Source of the DNA: Craspedostauros australis
Lineage: Eukaryota
Length of the DNA: 44,309 nucleotides
Assembly: GCA_030167865.1 (NCBI GenBank)
Contig: JALAGF010004865.1
Coordinates: 1-44,309, forward strand
Direction of reading: 5' to 3'
Translations under genes and position numbers: made by a program
Shown: positions 21,036 through 33,271 of the stretch, piece after piece
Position numbering within the stretch: the first letter of the stretch is position 1
Layout of the letters: every line of letters begins with the position of its first letter
Notes under the pieces: generated by a model
Databases searched by the model: none
The model's input: the letters and a program-made list of their open reading frames with translations, nothing else
Told to the model about the DNA's origin: nothing

Positions 21036-22406
21036 ATGGCTTTCAACATGCATGGTGACGCCAACACCAATACCAACAGCGATCATGATCCAGACTTCAA
21101 GACTTTCTGGAAACAACTCCATGGAAAAGAGCTGTCACCGAAGACCCCATTCAACACGCAGTGCCCACACGTAGAGCAGGTCGACTGCTACAGTGTCACA
21201 CCCAAGCGGATGGAATACTGGGACATGGCCATCGAAGCGGGATTCACCTTTGCTGACTTGGAATCGACGATGAAGCGGCACAAGTACGTCGCTTTCTCAC
21301 CTCATGTTCTACTGAGCGATTCGTTTCGCCAGGGCTACAAGCGGATGCGTATTGGACCCTTGACTCTGGACTTCAGCAGCCAAGACCAATTCGGAGAAGA
21401 AGACAAGCAAGCGATTCGCTTCTTACTTCGATTGGCTGTCGAACACCCACCCGAATCTTCATTCGACGAAGGCATCAGCTTGAATCAATGCTTCGTGAAG
21501 ATGAAGCAGCTCCACGATATCCCTCTTGTGACACATCGTGTGGATTTGTGTTATTGTGATCTTGTTTATTGCGACAAATTCATGCTCAACATCTCTCAAA
21601 ACTCGAAATGGGTTGTGTTATATAAGTGTCAGCTTGCCAATGGGGGCGCTGATTTGTGCAGATGGCTGTCTCCAAACAATTGCAGCGTCACCGAAGTATC
21701 CATTTTATTCACCCGTATCACTTGTGATAGCTTGGCAAAGCTATTTCAGTCAAACAAGCGCATCAACAAGCTCAACATCAGTTGGTTTTGGTTCTCCAAC
21801 GAAGAATCCTACTTTCGACAAGAAATCGATCAGATCATCCAACTGCTTTCAGATGCATCACACCTGAAGAAGCTCAAAGTTTCCAATCATTGGTTTGGGT
21901 CACCGCCGCAAGAGCAGGATACAAGGCTCGATGCATTGATATCGCTCCTGGGAAACAAGAGCTTGTCATGTCTCACCTTCTCTGCCAGTGGTGCTCCCAC
22001 CATGCCTGAGATTCCGCCTGAGATCCTCTCGGCACAAATGGAAGCACTTCAGCAAGCCTTGGAGCAGACTACCCAACTCACCTATCTCCACATTTCTCCA
22101 AGCCTGCCCAACAAACATGACCATTGGTACGATGCACTTGTTGAACGTACCTTGCGTCGAAATTATCGCACCAAGATGAGATCAATGCCGCGTTCCCTTC
22201 CAACATGGTCGCGACCACTGGCCCTGTTTGGGGAGGTGCTGATGAGAATAAGCAAACGTCAGAGTAGACTTGATCCAGTGGGTTCCACGAACGAGACTTT
22301 TCACATTCTGCTGCAGTGCAGTGACATGTTGAAACAGACATGGGACGATCGTCGTGCCGATCGGCAACGACCAGACACAACAGAAGAAATAGCGCCGCAG
22401 CGATAA
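21036..22406 (+). CDS. RNI-like/degenerate LRR protein, paralog A2 (456 aa)
   Basis: Intact ORF, collinear with A1 and A3-A5. Confidence 0.8.
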   Translation: MAFNMHGDANTNTNSDHDPDFKTFWKQLHGKELSPKTPFNTQCPHVEQVDCYSVTPKRMEYWDMAIEAGFTFADLESTMKRHKYVAFSPHVLLSDSFRQGYKRMRIGPLTLDFSSQDQFGEEDKQAIRFLLRLAVEHPPESSFDEGISLNQCFVKMKQLHDIPLVTHRVDLCYCDLVYCDKFMLNISQNSKWVVLYKCQLANGGADLCRWLSPNNCSVTEVSILFTRITCDSLAKLFQSNKRINKLNISWFWFSNEESYFRQEIDQIIQLLSDASHLKKLKVSNHWFGSPPQEQDTRLDALISLLGNKSLSCLTFSASGAPTMPEIPPEILSAQMEALQQALEQTTQLTYLHISPSLPNKHDHWYDALVERTLRRNYRTKMRSMPRSLPTWSRPLALFGEVLMRISKRQSRLDPVGSTNETFHILLQCSDMLKQTWDDRRADRQRPDTTEEIAPQR

Positions 22407-22821
22407 GATCATGGGCCTTCTGCCAGCGCAATGAAATTGGCAGCCAACTGGCCACACTCGTGAAAGCGACGGAGCTTCTGATTGGCGCTCGGTGTTCACA
22501 AAACAAAGAAAGGTGTGTCGATGATTGATGCGGTACTGTATCACCTTAAACAACTGTAGGACAACTACTCTCGTCTATCTCCACTGACTGCAAGCGAGTC
22601 GAATATGTCCATGCCCGTGCGCGTTCCTGAAAGACTACAAAACTGATGCATCTGCAATGACGAGAAACCACGCACCGTCAACACCAAACAAAGCAACGAG
22701 AGTCACGATGATACGATACTACTATTTGGGATACTCTATCTCCGGCGATCGGCATGCTTGACTTGCGGTCAACGAAAGTCAGAGGCGTCGGCAGCGAGAG
22801 TCGCAAAACAAAACTGATGTT

Positions 22822-24482
22822 TCAGCCAGCCAGCACGACGCCTGCTGCGATGCCACCACCCACGATAAGGACAGCCACGATGACGATGGGGACCATGTTG
22901 GTGCTTTTGTTCGATGCTGGTTCCTGCTGCAACGTCGGTGTGGTGGTGGTGGTGGTGGTGGTGGTCGTCTGTGCCTCAATGTCGACAGAATGCATGCTTG
23001 TGGTGTTGCCAGTGTCCTGCTCGACCACGTTGTTCAGATCGAGATGCTGGCTGGATCCCTTGGAGGGTCCGATGGATTCTTTTCGCGTGAGCTGCTTGAC
23101 TGGTGGATCTTGATTGATGGTTTGCTCCGGATCAGTTGTGGGCATCATGGGAGTGATGGATATTTCGATGGAGTTGGTGCGCGAGACGAGCTGGGTGGGC
23201 ATGTCCTCGTTGGTGTCGTTGGTCTCGTTGAGGAGGATGGCGGAATGAGTGGATTGGCTTTTGTCCAAAACCACTCCGGCTGAAGCGGAACTACCGCTCA
23301 TGAGGCGGTTGGCGGATGTGGAGATGTACGTTGACGCTGGGTCTTTGGCGGAAGCTGGATCCTCACCATCCATGTCCATGTCCATGTCCATGTCCATGTC
23401 CACATTGCTGTGGTTGGATTCCTTGGAAAGGGAGTTGGTGGAGTCCTGGTTGCCATGATTGCTGGTCGATGAATTGGAGGTGGCGGCCGTGCGCTGGGTG
23501 CCGTCATTTTTTGGCGGAGACCATGGAGGAGAAGATCCCGGAATCCCCATTGGAATGGGCACCGAATTCGCCTGGCTTGCGTTTGTTGCCAGTTCTGGTG
23601 GACGGTCGCTCCGTCTCGTCGCCCTCCTCGCCTTCGACGACAGACTCCAGTCCACCTTCCTGGCGGATGGAGGACATCCTCTTGGCGGCGGAGAAGCCGA
23701 AGGACGAGATCCCCGTTGGAGGAGGCGTTGGGGCTGCCTCTGGCCAGCTGGGGCGTCCTGGCTGTCCTGGACGGCGCGGTGGTGGTGGTGTTGGGAGATG
23801 TTCCGATCGCACGTGGAGGCTGGTAGGATGTGGAACGGAATTCGTCACGAAAGGAGTCGTCTCGCATGGAGTCGTCCTCGTCTGTGAACTCGTCGAAGCC
23901 TCCATCGGTCGTCTTGTCGGTCATCTTGTCGCCCGCCTCCTCATCGGAACACTGGCTCTCGATGTCGTCATCGTCATCATCGTCGATGATGTGGATGTCG
24001 TCATCTATCTGCTGCGTGTTGGCGCCGGCACCCGCGCTGACGTTGTGACTCTGGCTGTGACTCTGGCTGCGACTGCGGCTGTTGGCGTCGGCACCCTCAT
24101 CGTCGTCGCTGTTGTCGCTGTCAATGTCGTCGTCCAGGCCTTCGTCCAAGCCTTCGTCGAAGGGCTCCTCGTCGCTGTCCACCACCCTCGCACTGATGGA
24201 GTCAATCATGTCGGCGTCGAAGTCCTGCTGCGAGTGCATGGAGAACTCTGCCTCATTTTCATCGCTGTACACGGTCTGCTGCTTGCTGCCCAGGTCGTTC
24301 ATGTACTTGGAGGTGTAGGCGGAGCTGTAGCCGGTGGGCGATGATGCTGCCGATGACGACATGGAGCTTGGTGATGGCGCAGAGTTGCGGCCGTACTGGT
24401 GGCCGGTCTTGCGTTCAATGCCGGACGTGGAGGAGGACGACCGTGAAGCCTTGCTGGTGAATGGGAATCTGTTGTCTTCCAT
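22822..24482 (-). pseudogene. Frameshifted copy (T1) of acidic low-complexity tail-anchored protein
   Basis: Collinear with 27688-29313 but split across three ORFs (23298..24482, 23504..23905, 22822..23655) by two +1 insertions, at ~23709 (gagatccccg vs gagcccccg) and ~23507-23512 (T6 vs T5). Sequencing error is possible. Confidence 0.7.
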
Positions 24483-24854
24483 CGATTTGTGTTGCCTTCT
24501 GTTGCCTTGTATTGTGTTGTTTTGGGAATGATCTGCTCTCTTGCTTCGTTCAATCGTTCAATCGTTCAATCGCACAATGATCGATGGTCAATGTTGAATG
24601 TTGAATGTTGAATGGACGGCCTATTGCGACTAACGTAATTGCTGATGGCGCAGTATCCAGTATCCGATGTCCAATGTCCAATGTCGAGTGGTTCTACTCT
24701 CCCTCTCTGTGCAGGGATCATATTGAGGCAATGGGCTGATGCGATGCGATACAACACTGTGGTTGATGTTGATGATGGTCTCGTTGCTGCGATTGTTGCG
24801 CCTGCCAGAGGAAATGGCCGTCGGTGGTTCTCAATCCACGACGGAAGAAAAGTG

Positions 24855-24957
24855 TCGGGGATGATGATGACAGTGAGTCCGTTGCCACCAACATGCACGC
24901 GATGCAGATGGCGCCAATCATCCTCTTTTGATGCATCAACGATGTCATTGCTGCCAA
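24855..24957 (-). pseudogene. 5' remnant (signal-peptide-like N-terminus) of the FAD-monooxygenase gene
   Basis: MAAMTSLMHQKRMIGAICIACMLVATDSLSSSSP matches the N-terminus that is fused to KIAVIGGGIAG in F2 (32996..33271). Homology stops at ~24855. Confidence 0.7.
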
Positions 24958-25924
24958 TGCTGCCGTTGCTGTGATTCTTCTGGTTGTGGCTGTCTCTGTG
25001 GTTGGGCGATCAATGAGTTAGGAACCAAGTCAACCAGCCGGCATTGTTCGAAGTCTATCTCCAGAAACAGAGAGAAACGAGAGAGGGAATGTTGGTATCG
25101 TACTCTGAGGATAGACGCTTGATGGTGACAGTGATCATAATGTGAGTGTTGCGGTTGTGACGATCTGCGTCAGTATTCTGCAGCGATGTCTGCAGAAGCA
25201 CCACCACGGTCATCGTCATCGCCGCAGGGTTCGCAATGATTGAGTGAGGCGAGATGAGTCCTGGATACGTTTGTTGACGATTGAAACACGAGTGGTGTCA
25301 CCATCGTCATCAGCGTCACCATCCTCTCGACAAAACGTGAGAAACGCCTCCGATGTCCACCGATGAAGTCATCGCTGTGGATCCGTCACATCGTGGTGGA
25401 TTCTTCGCATTGCGGATCCGCCCATTGCGGTCGTTCGATGACATCCAACTGCCGAAGTACATAGAATAGTATGCATTCGTATGGCATAATGGTTGACTCC
25501 CCCAAGACCATCACAGAGGGATGTGCCTACTCATATTACACAAGCTATGGTATCACACGAAGAGGCGCAACCGCACAGCACGGCCAAGTTGGGCACCATC
25601 GAAAGTCGTATCGTGTGAGCGAGCGAGCCAGCTAGCTTCGGATCATGATGTGAACATCCACAGTCGTACCATACCACGCCACGCAACGCCATACACCTTG
25701 GTGGAACTGCGCAAGTCCATGAAGGCGTGTTGACTGATGGTAGATCCCTTCATGATGAATGCACAGGATCATGAAATGGAGGACAGCAAACTTGAGCAGA
25801 TGAGCTCATAATCGCCATCCAAGCGCAACTGATTTGGGACCACATACTCTGCCTGCTCTATCAGCTGTGCAACCAACACTATCGACAACCCCCACAATAA
25901 CCAGCATCGACAACACATAGCAAG

Positions 25925-27274
25925 ATGGCTTTCAACATGGATGGTGTCACCAACACCAATACCAACAGCCATCATGATCCAAACTTCAAGACTTTCTGGA
26001 AACAACTCCATGGAAAATGGTGGATCCCGAAGACCGTGTTCACTCCGTGGTATCCACGAGCAGAGCAGATCGATTGCTACAGTGTCACACCCAAGCGGAT
26101 GGAATACTGGGGCATGGCCATCGAAGCAGGATTCACCTTTGCTGACTTGGAATCGATGATGAAGCGGCACAAGCACATTGCTTTATCACCCCATGTTCTG
26201 CTGAGAAATTGGAATCACTGGGACTGCGGACTGATGAGTATTGGATCCCTGAAACTGGAATTCGGCAGCCATGACCAATTCGGAGAAGAAGACAAGCAAG
26301 TGGTTCGCTTCGTACTTCGATTGGCTGCCAAACACCCACCCAAAGCTTGGTTCGACCAATTAATCTACTTGCCTCAATGCTTCGTGAAGATGAAGCAGCT
26401 CCACGATATCCCTCTTGTGTCACGTCGTGTGGATTTGTATTTTTGTGATCTTGTTGATTGCGACAAGCTCATGTTCAACATCTCCCACAACTCAAAATAC
26501 GTTGAGTTTCGTTTATGTAAGCTCGCCAATGGGGGCGCTGATTTGTGCAGATGGCTGTCTCCAAACAGTTGCAGCATCACCGAAGTATCCTTCCCAAACT
26601 CCACTATCACTTGCGATGGCATGGCCAAGCTATTCCAGTCAACCAAGTGCATCAACAAACTCCACATCGACTTCGGTCTGGTCCACAGCGCCCGACGAAT
26701 CCACTCAAAACAAGAAATCGACCAGGTCATCCAACTCCTTTCAGATGCATCACACCTGAAGAAGCTCACGATTTCCAATGTTTGGAGCGGATCATCGGAA
26801 CCAGATCAGAATGCAAGGTTCGACACTTTGATATCGCTTCTGGGAAACAAGAGCTTGTCATCTCTCACATACTCGGACTTCTTGCATCCCGACAGGTTTG
26901 AGGTTCCGCCCGAGATCTCCTCGGCACAAATGGAAGCACTTGAGCAAGCCTTGGAGGAGACTACCCACCTCATCTATCTCGACATTTATCCACGCCTGCC
27001 TGGCGAACATGCCCATTGGTACGATGCGTTTGTCGAACCTATCTTGCGGCGAAATCATCGCAACAAGATGAGAGCAGTGTTGTGTTCCCTTCCGACATGG
27101 TCGCGACCACTGGCCCTGTTTGGGAAGATGCTGATGAGAACAAACAAACGTGGGGGTACAATGGGTCCAATGGGTTCCATGAACAAGACTTTTAACATCC
27201 TGCTACAGTGCAGTGAGATGTTGAAACAGACATGGGACGATCGTCGTGCCGATGAGCAACGGCAGAAGAAATAG
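25925..27274 (+). CDS. RNI-like/degenerate LRR protein, paralog A3 (449 aa)
   Basis: Intact ORF, collinear with the other paralogs. Confidence 0.8.
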   Translation: MAFNMDGVTNTNTNSHHDPNFKTFWKQLHGKWWIPKTVFTPWYPRAEQIDCYSVTPKRMEYWGMAIEAGFTFADLESMMKRHKHIALSPHVLLRNWNHWDCGLMSIGSLKLEFGSHDQFGEEDKQVVRFVLRLAAKHPPKAWFDQLIYLPQCFVKMKQLHDIPLVSRRVDLYFCDLVDCDKLMFNISHNSKYVEFRLCKLANGGADLCRWLSPNSCSITEVSFPNSTITCDGMAKLFQSTKCINKLHIDFGLVHSARRIHSKQEIDQVIQLLSDASHLKKLTISNVWSGSSEPDQNARFDTLISLLGNKSLSSLTYSDFLHPDRFEVPPEISSAQMEALEQALEETTHLIYLDIYPRLPGEHAHWYDAFVEPILRRNHRNKMRAVLCSLPTWSRPLALFGKMLMRTNKRGGTMGPMGSMNKTFNILLQCSEMLKQTWDDRRADEQRQKK

Positions 27275-27687
27275 CGCCGCAGTGATAAGATCATGGGTCT
27301 TCAATGAAATTGGGAGCCAACTGGCCACACTCGTGAAAGCGACGGAGCTTCTGATTGGTGTTCACAAAGCAAGGAAAGGTGTATCGATGATTGATGCGAT
27401 ACTGTATCACCTTAAACAACTGTAGGACAACTACTCTCATCCAACTCCACTGACTGCAAGCAAATCGAGTATGTCCATGCCAGTGCTCGTTCCTGCGAAG
27501 ACCACAAAACTGCAATGACGAGAAACGACATAGCGTCAACACCAAACAAAGCAGAGAGAGTCACGATGATACTATAATACGATACTACTATTTGGGATAC
27601 TCTATCTCCGACGATCGGCATGCTTGACTTGCGGTCAACGAAAGTCAGAGGCGTCAGCAGCGAGAGTCGCAAAACAAAACTGATGTT

Positions 27688-29313
27688 TCAGCCCACCAGC
27701 ACGACGCCTGCTGCGATGCCACCACCCACGATAAGGACAGCCACGATGACGATGGGGACCATGTTGGTGTTTTTGTTCGGTGCTGGTTCCTGCAACGTCG
27801 GCTTTGTGGTGGTGTTGGTGGTCGTCTGTGCCTCAATGTCGACAGAATGTATGCTTGTGGTGTTGCCGGTGTCCTGCTTGACCACGTTCTTCGAATCGAG
27901 ATGCTTGCTGGATCCCTTGGAGGGTCCGATGGATTCTTTTCGCGTGAGCTGCTTGACTGGTGGATCTTGATTGATGGTTTGCTCCGGATCAGTTGTGGGN
28001 ATCATGGGAGTGATGGATATTTCGATGGAGTTGGTGCGCGAGACGAGCTGGGTGGGCATGTCCTCNTTGGTGTCGTTGGTCTCGTTGAGGAGGATGGCGG
28101 AATGAGTGGATTGGCTTTTGTCCAAGACCACTCCGGCTGAAGCGGAACTGCCGCTCATGAGACGGTTGGCGGATGTGGAGATGTAGGTTGACGTTGGGTC
28201 TTTGGCGGAAGCTGGATCCTCACCATCCATGTCTGTGTCCATGTCCATGTCCATGTCCATGTCCACATTGCTGTGGTTGGATTCCTTGGAAAGGGAGTTG
28301 GTGGAGTCCTGGTTGCCATGATTGCTGGTCGATGAATTGGAGGTGGCGGCCGTGCGCTGGGTGCCGTCGTTTTTGGCGGAGACCATGGAGGAGAAGATCT
28401 CGGAATCCCTATTGGAATGGGCACCGAATTCGCCTGGCTTGCGTTTGTTGACAGTTCTGGTGGATGGTCGCTCCGTCTCGTCGCCCTCCTCGCCTTCGAC
28501 GACTGGCTCCAGTCCACCTTCCTGGCGGATGGAGGACATCCTCTTGGCGGCGGAGAAGCCGAAGGACGAGCCCCCGTTGGAGGAGGCGTTGGGGCTGCCT
28601 CTGGCCAGCTGGGGCGTCCTGGCTGTCCTGGACGGCGCGGTGGTGGTGGTGGTGGGAGATGTCCCGATCGGGCGTGGGCGCTGGTCGGATGTGGAACGGA
28701 ATTCGTCACGAAAGGAGTCGTCTCGCATGGAGTCGTCCTCGTCTGTGAACTCGTCGAAGCCTCCATCGGTCATCTTGTCGCCCGCCTCCTCATCAGAACA
28801 CTGGCTCTCGATGTCATCATCATCATCGTCGATGATGTGGATGTCGTCGTCTATCTGCTGCGTGTTGGCGCCGGCATCCGCGCTGACGTTGTGACTCTGG
28901 CTGTGGCTGCGACTGCGGCTGTTGGCGTCGGCACCCTCATCGTCGTCGCTGTTGTCGCTGTCAATGTCGTCGTCCAGGCCTTCGTCGAAGGGCTCCTCGT
29001 CGCTGTCCACCACCCTCCTCGCGCTGATGGAGTCCACCATTTCGGCGTCGAAGTCCTGCTGCGAGTGCATGGAGAACTCTGCCTCATTGTCATCGCCGTA
29101 CACGGTCTGCTGCTTGCCGCCCAGGTCGTCCATGTACTTGGAGGTGTAGGCGGAGGCGTAGCCGGTGGGCGATGATGCTGCCGATGACGACATGGAGCTT
29201 GGTGATGGCGCAGAGTTGCGGCCGTACTGGTGGCCGGTCTTGCGTCCAATGCCGGACGTGGAGGAGGACGACCGTGAAGCCTTGCTGGTGAACGGGAATC
29301 TGTTGTCTTCCAT
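27688..29313 (-). CDS. Acidic, S/D/T-rich disordered protein with a single C-terminal TM helix (tail-anchored), copy T2
   Basis: Open frame of ~541 codons from ATG 29313 (two N bases inside). Ends with MVPIVIVAVLIVGGGIAAGVVLVG-stop; no N-terminal signal peptide. Confidence 0.75.
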   Translation of the reverse strand: MEDNRFPFTSKASRSSSSTSGIGRKTGHQYGRNSAPSPSSMSSSAASSPTGYASAYTSKYMDDLGGKQQTVYGDDNEAEFSMHSQQDFDAEMVDSISARRVVDSDEEPFDEGLDDDIDSDNSDDDEGADANSRSRSHSQSHNVSADAGANTQQIDDDIHIIDDDDDDIESQCSDEEAGDKMTDGGFDEFTDEDDSMRDDSFRDEFRSTSDQRPRPIGTSPTTTTTAPSRTARTPQLARGSPNASSNGGSSFGFSAAKRMSSIRQEGGLEPVVEGEEGDETERPSTRTVNKRKPGEFGAHSNRDSEIFSSMVSAKNDGTQRTAATSNSSTSNHGNQDSTNSLSKESNHSNVDMDMDMDMDTDMDGEDPASAKDPTSTYISTSANRLMSGSSASAGVVLDKSQSTHSAILLNETNDTXEDMPTQLVSRTNSIEISITPMXPTTDPEQTINQDPPVKQLTRKESIGPSKGSSKHLDSKNVVKQDTGNTTSIHSVDIEAQTTTNTTTKPTLQEPAPNKNTNMVPIVIVAVLIVGGGIAAGVVLVG

Positions 29314-29689
29314 CGATTTGTGTTGTCTTCTGTTGTCTTGTGTTGGGTTGGGTTGTGTTGTTTTGGGAATGATCCGCTCTGTTGCTTCGTTCAATCCTCC
29401 AATCGTTCAATCGTTCAATCGTTCAATGATCGATGCTCAATGTTGAATGGACGGCCTATTGCGACTAACGTAATTGCTGATGGCGCAGTGTCCAGTATCC
29501 GATGTCCAATGTCCAATGTCGAGTGGTTCTACTCTCTCCCTCTCTCCAGTGATTATTGAGGCAATGGGGTGATGCGATGCGATACAACACTGTGGTTGAT
29601 GTTGATGATGGTCTCGTTGCTGCGATTGTTGAGCCTGTCAAAGGAAATGGCCGTCGGTGGTTCTCAATCCACGACAGAAGAAAAGTGTC

Positions 29690-29800
29690 GGGGATGGTGA
29701 TGACAGTGAGTCCGTTGCCACCAACATGCACGCGATGCAGATGGCACCAATCATCCTCTTTCGATGCATCAACGATGCTATTGCTGCCGTTGCTGCCACT
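29690..29800 (-). pseudogene. Second 5' remnant of the FAD-monooxygenase N-terminus
   Basis: gatgacagtgagtccgttgccaccaacatgcacgcgatgcagatggcaccaatcatcctc is homologous to ~19970, ~24866 and ~33180, and is truncated at the same point as the 24855 remnant. Confidence 0.65.
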
Positions 29801-30732
29801 GTTGTGATTCTTCTGGTTGTGGCTGTCTCTGTGGTTGGGCGATCAATGAGTGAGGAACCAAGTCAACCAGCCGGCATCGTTCGAAGTCTCTCTCCAGAAA
29901 CAGAGAGAAACAAGAGAGAGAGTGTTGGTATCGTACTCTGTGGATAGACACTTGATGGCAACGGTGATCATCATCTGAGCGTTGCGGTTGTGACGATCTG
30001 CATCAGTATTCTGCAGCGATGTCTGCAGCACCACCACCACCATCGTCATCGTCATCATCACAGAGTTCGCAATGATTGAGTGAGGCGAGATGAGTCCTGG
30101 ATACGTTGGTTGTCGATTGAAACACGAGTGGTGTCATCATCGCCATCATCCTCCCAACAAAACACGAGAATCACCTCTGATGTCCACCGAAGAAATCATC
30201 GTGGAGGATTCGTCACATTGCGGATCCGCCCATTGCGGTCGTTCGATGACATCCAACTGCCGAAGAACTGTATCGATCGGAGTGGTATCGCGGCTGACTC
30301 CCCCAAGATCATCACAGAAGGATGTACTCATATTACAAACTATGGTATCACATGAAGAGGGACAACTGCACAGCGTGGCCAAGTTGGGCACCATCGAAGG
30401 TCGTATCGTGCGAGCGAGCGAACGATCTTCGGATCGTGATGTGGCTGTCCACGATCGTACCATGCCATACCACACCGAACCATACCATACCATATCACAC
30501 CACACCATACGCCATGGTGAAACTGCGCAAGTCCATGAAGGCATGTTGGCTGACGGCACGTTGCTTCGTGATGAATGCACAGGATCATGAAATGGAAGAC
30601 AGCAAACTTGAGCAGATGAGCTCATAATCGCCATCCAAGCGCAACTGATTTGGGACCACATACTCTGCCTGCTCTACTCGTACGATTGTACCACCAACAA
30701 CAATCAGCAACGACAACGACGACAAGAAAAGG

Positions 30733-32130
30733 ATGAGCCGCACCATGTATGGTGATGCCAACACCAACACCAACAGCTACCATGATCCAGACTTCAAGAC
30801 TTTCTGGAAACAGCTCCATGGCAAAGAGCTGTCACCGAAGACCATGTTCAATGTGCAGAGTCATCCAAGACAGCAGATCCACTGCTACAGTGTCACACCC
30901 AAGCGGATGGAACACTGGGACATGGCCATGGAAGCAGGATTCACTTTTGATGACTTGAAATCGATGCAGCGGCGGCACGATCACGTTGCTTTATCACCTC
31001 GTGTTCTACTGAGCGGTTCGTTTCGCAGGGGCCGAGGGCGGATGTATATTGGATCCCTACATCTGGAATTCGGCACCATTGAACAATTCGGAGAAGAAGA
31101 CAAGCAAGTGATTCGCTTCGTACTTCGATTGGCTACCGAACACCCATCCAAATCTTCATCTGACGAAGGCATCCGCTTGACTCAATCCTTCGTGAAGATG
31201 AAGCAACTCCACGATATCCCTCTTGTGACACAATATGTGGAGTTGGATTCGTGTGATCTTGTTGATTGCGACAAGCTCATGTTCAACATCTCCCAGAACT
31301 CGAAATACGTTGAGTTTCGAAACTGTAAGCTCGCCGATGGGGGCGCTGATTTGTGCAGATGGCTGTCTCCAAACAATTGCAGAGTCACCGAAGTATCATT
31401 TTTATGCACCCGTATCACTTGTGATAGCTTGGCAAAGCTACTCCAGTCAAACAAGCGCATCAACAAGCTCAACATCAGTTTCTGTCGGGTCCACAACGAC
31501 CAACAATTCTCCTCACAACAAGAAATCGATCAGATCATCCAACTCCTTTCAAATACATCGCACCTGAAGGAGCTTTGGGTTTTCGGTATTTGGGAAGGGT
31601 CATCGCGACAAGAGCAGATGATGATATTCGACCCTTTGATATCGCTTCTGGGGAACAAGAACTTGTCATCTCTCACATACGAGATCGGTGGGAAGCCCAG
31701 CATGTTCGAGATTCCGCCCAAGATCCTCTCGGCACAAATGGAAGCACTTCAGCAAGCCTTGGAGGAGACTACCCAACTCACCTATCTCGACATTTATCCA
31801 CGCCTGCCTGACAAACATGCCCATTGGTACAATGCACTTGTTAAACGTATCTTCTGGCGAAATCATCGCAACAAGGTGAGAGCCGTGCTGGGTTCCCTTC
31901 CGACATGGTCGCGACCACTGGCCCTGTTTGGGGAGATGCTGACGAGAACAAGAAAACGTCGGGGTAGAATGAATGCAATGGGTAGAATGAATCGCAGGAG
32001 CGAGACTTTCCATCTCCTGTTGCAGGGCAGTGACATGTTGAAACAGGCGTGGGATGACAAAAGAGCGGGTCAGCTCGTCCAAGTTGATGGTGCTTCTGCC
32101 CGCATTGTGAAAAGAACGGTACATACATGA
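30733..32130 (+). CDS. RNI-like/degenerate LRR protein, paralog A4 (465 aa)
   Basis: Intact ORF, collinear with the other paralogs. Confidence 0.8.
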   Translation: MSRTMYGDANTNTNSYHDPDFKTFWKQLHGKELSPKTMFNVQSHPRQQIHCYSVTPKRMEHWDMAMEAGFTFDDLKSMQRRHDHVALSPRVLLSGSFRRGRGRMYIGSLHLEFGTIEQFGEEDKQVIRFVLRLATEHPSKSSSDEGIRLTQSFVKMKQLHDIPLVTQYVELDSCDLVDCDKLMFNISQNSKYVEFRNCKLADGGADLCRWLSPNNCRVTEVSFLCTRITCDSLAKLLQSNKRINKLNISFCRVHNDQQFSSQQEIDQIIQLLSNTSHLKELWVFGIWEGSSRQEQMMIFDPLISLLGNKNLSSLTYEIGGKPSMFEIPPKILSAQMEALQQALEETTQLTYLDIYPRLPDKHAHWYNALVKRIFWRNHRNKVRAVLGSLPTWSRPLALFGEMLTRTRKRRGRMNAMGRMNRRSETFHLLLQGSDMLKQAWDDKRAGQLVQVDGASARIVKRTVHT

Positions 32131-32407
32131 TTGATGCGATCCTGGATGGCCTTCGACAACTCTGGTCGTCGAGTAATTAGAACAGCGCATGGAGACGGGA
32201 TTGATACTCTGGTCCATGTGAGTGTGTTGTTGTACGAGTGAGATGGAACAAGGGAGATGGTTGGGTGATTGTAATTGCGTGCGGTAATTGGCGAGTAGAA
32301 GGGAATGTCTAGATTGTATGAGTATGGCTGGTCCATCAACAGCAAGCGAAAGCTGTCCACAGAACCTATCTGCATCACATCGCGATTTCACACCGCTCCG
32401 CACATTC

Positions 32408-33271
32408 TCATATTCTTAGAACAGCAGCATCCAGAACGGTCTTCTTCGCAACGCCTGTCTTGTCCATCATGAAGAAGGACACACCCCAGAACTTGGCCAA
32501 CGGTCCCAACGAGGCCTCCAGGCACCCCAGTAATCCAGCCTTGGCCGTGACACCTGTGATGTCCATGATGCTCGTGGTGGTAGGCCATCGCTTGTCCTTG
32601 TATTCTATCTGCAGGATGTCTTTGAGGCTGTTGCCACCATTGGCTTGTTCACCATGCTGCATGGTATGCTGCTGAATGGCGTTGGCCAGGCAGTAGGCGT
32701 CTTGGATGGCCTGATTGGTGCCCTGTCCAAGGAACAGAGGCATGGCGTGCGCCTCATCACCGCAGACAGTCAGGACGGCGACCTTTTCTGCGCTGGTGCT
32801 TCCATTGCGGTTGCGGTTGCGATTTGTGTTGGTGGCCACCATCGCCTTGGTCCATCACGCAAAGGGCTTGTGGAAGTAGATCTCCAACTCGAAGAAACGA
32901 TCGGCACTGTCGATGATAGGCCTTGTGGTGTGCATGGGGATCTTGGCATCGTCGATCTGCTGTCACATCTGTTGCTGGATACGCTCGGCCTCGGATCATG
33001 CCTTCCAAGCGACGTTGTTGTCGTTGGTGTCGTTATTGCTGTTGTTCTCGAAAGCATGCGCCAAGGAGAGACCGGCGATGCCACCACCGATGACTGCGAT
33101 CTTCCGCCTTGGTTGGTGATTCTCATTCCCGTTGCGACTGATGCTGCTGCTGCGTTGGAGTGAGGATGACGGGGATGATGATGACAGTGAGTCCGTTGCC
33201 ACCACCATGCACGCGATGCAGATGGCACCAATCATCCTCTTTTGATGCATCAACGATGCCATTGCTGCCAT
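32408..33271 (-). pseudogene. FAD-dependent monooxygenase pseudogene F2
   Basis: Signal-like N-terminus plus RKIAVIGGGIAGLSLA, followed by a stop. A separate frame reads VCGDEAHAMPLFLGQGTNQAIQDA...LDAAVLRI-stop. It shares the central deletion seen in F1. Confidence 0.85.

Noticed and set aside
27412-27687. Stop-codon readthrough extension of T2 (same frame stays open after TGA)
   Set aside because: The T1 counterpart has indels in this region, so it is more likely 3' UTR.
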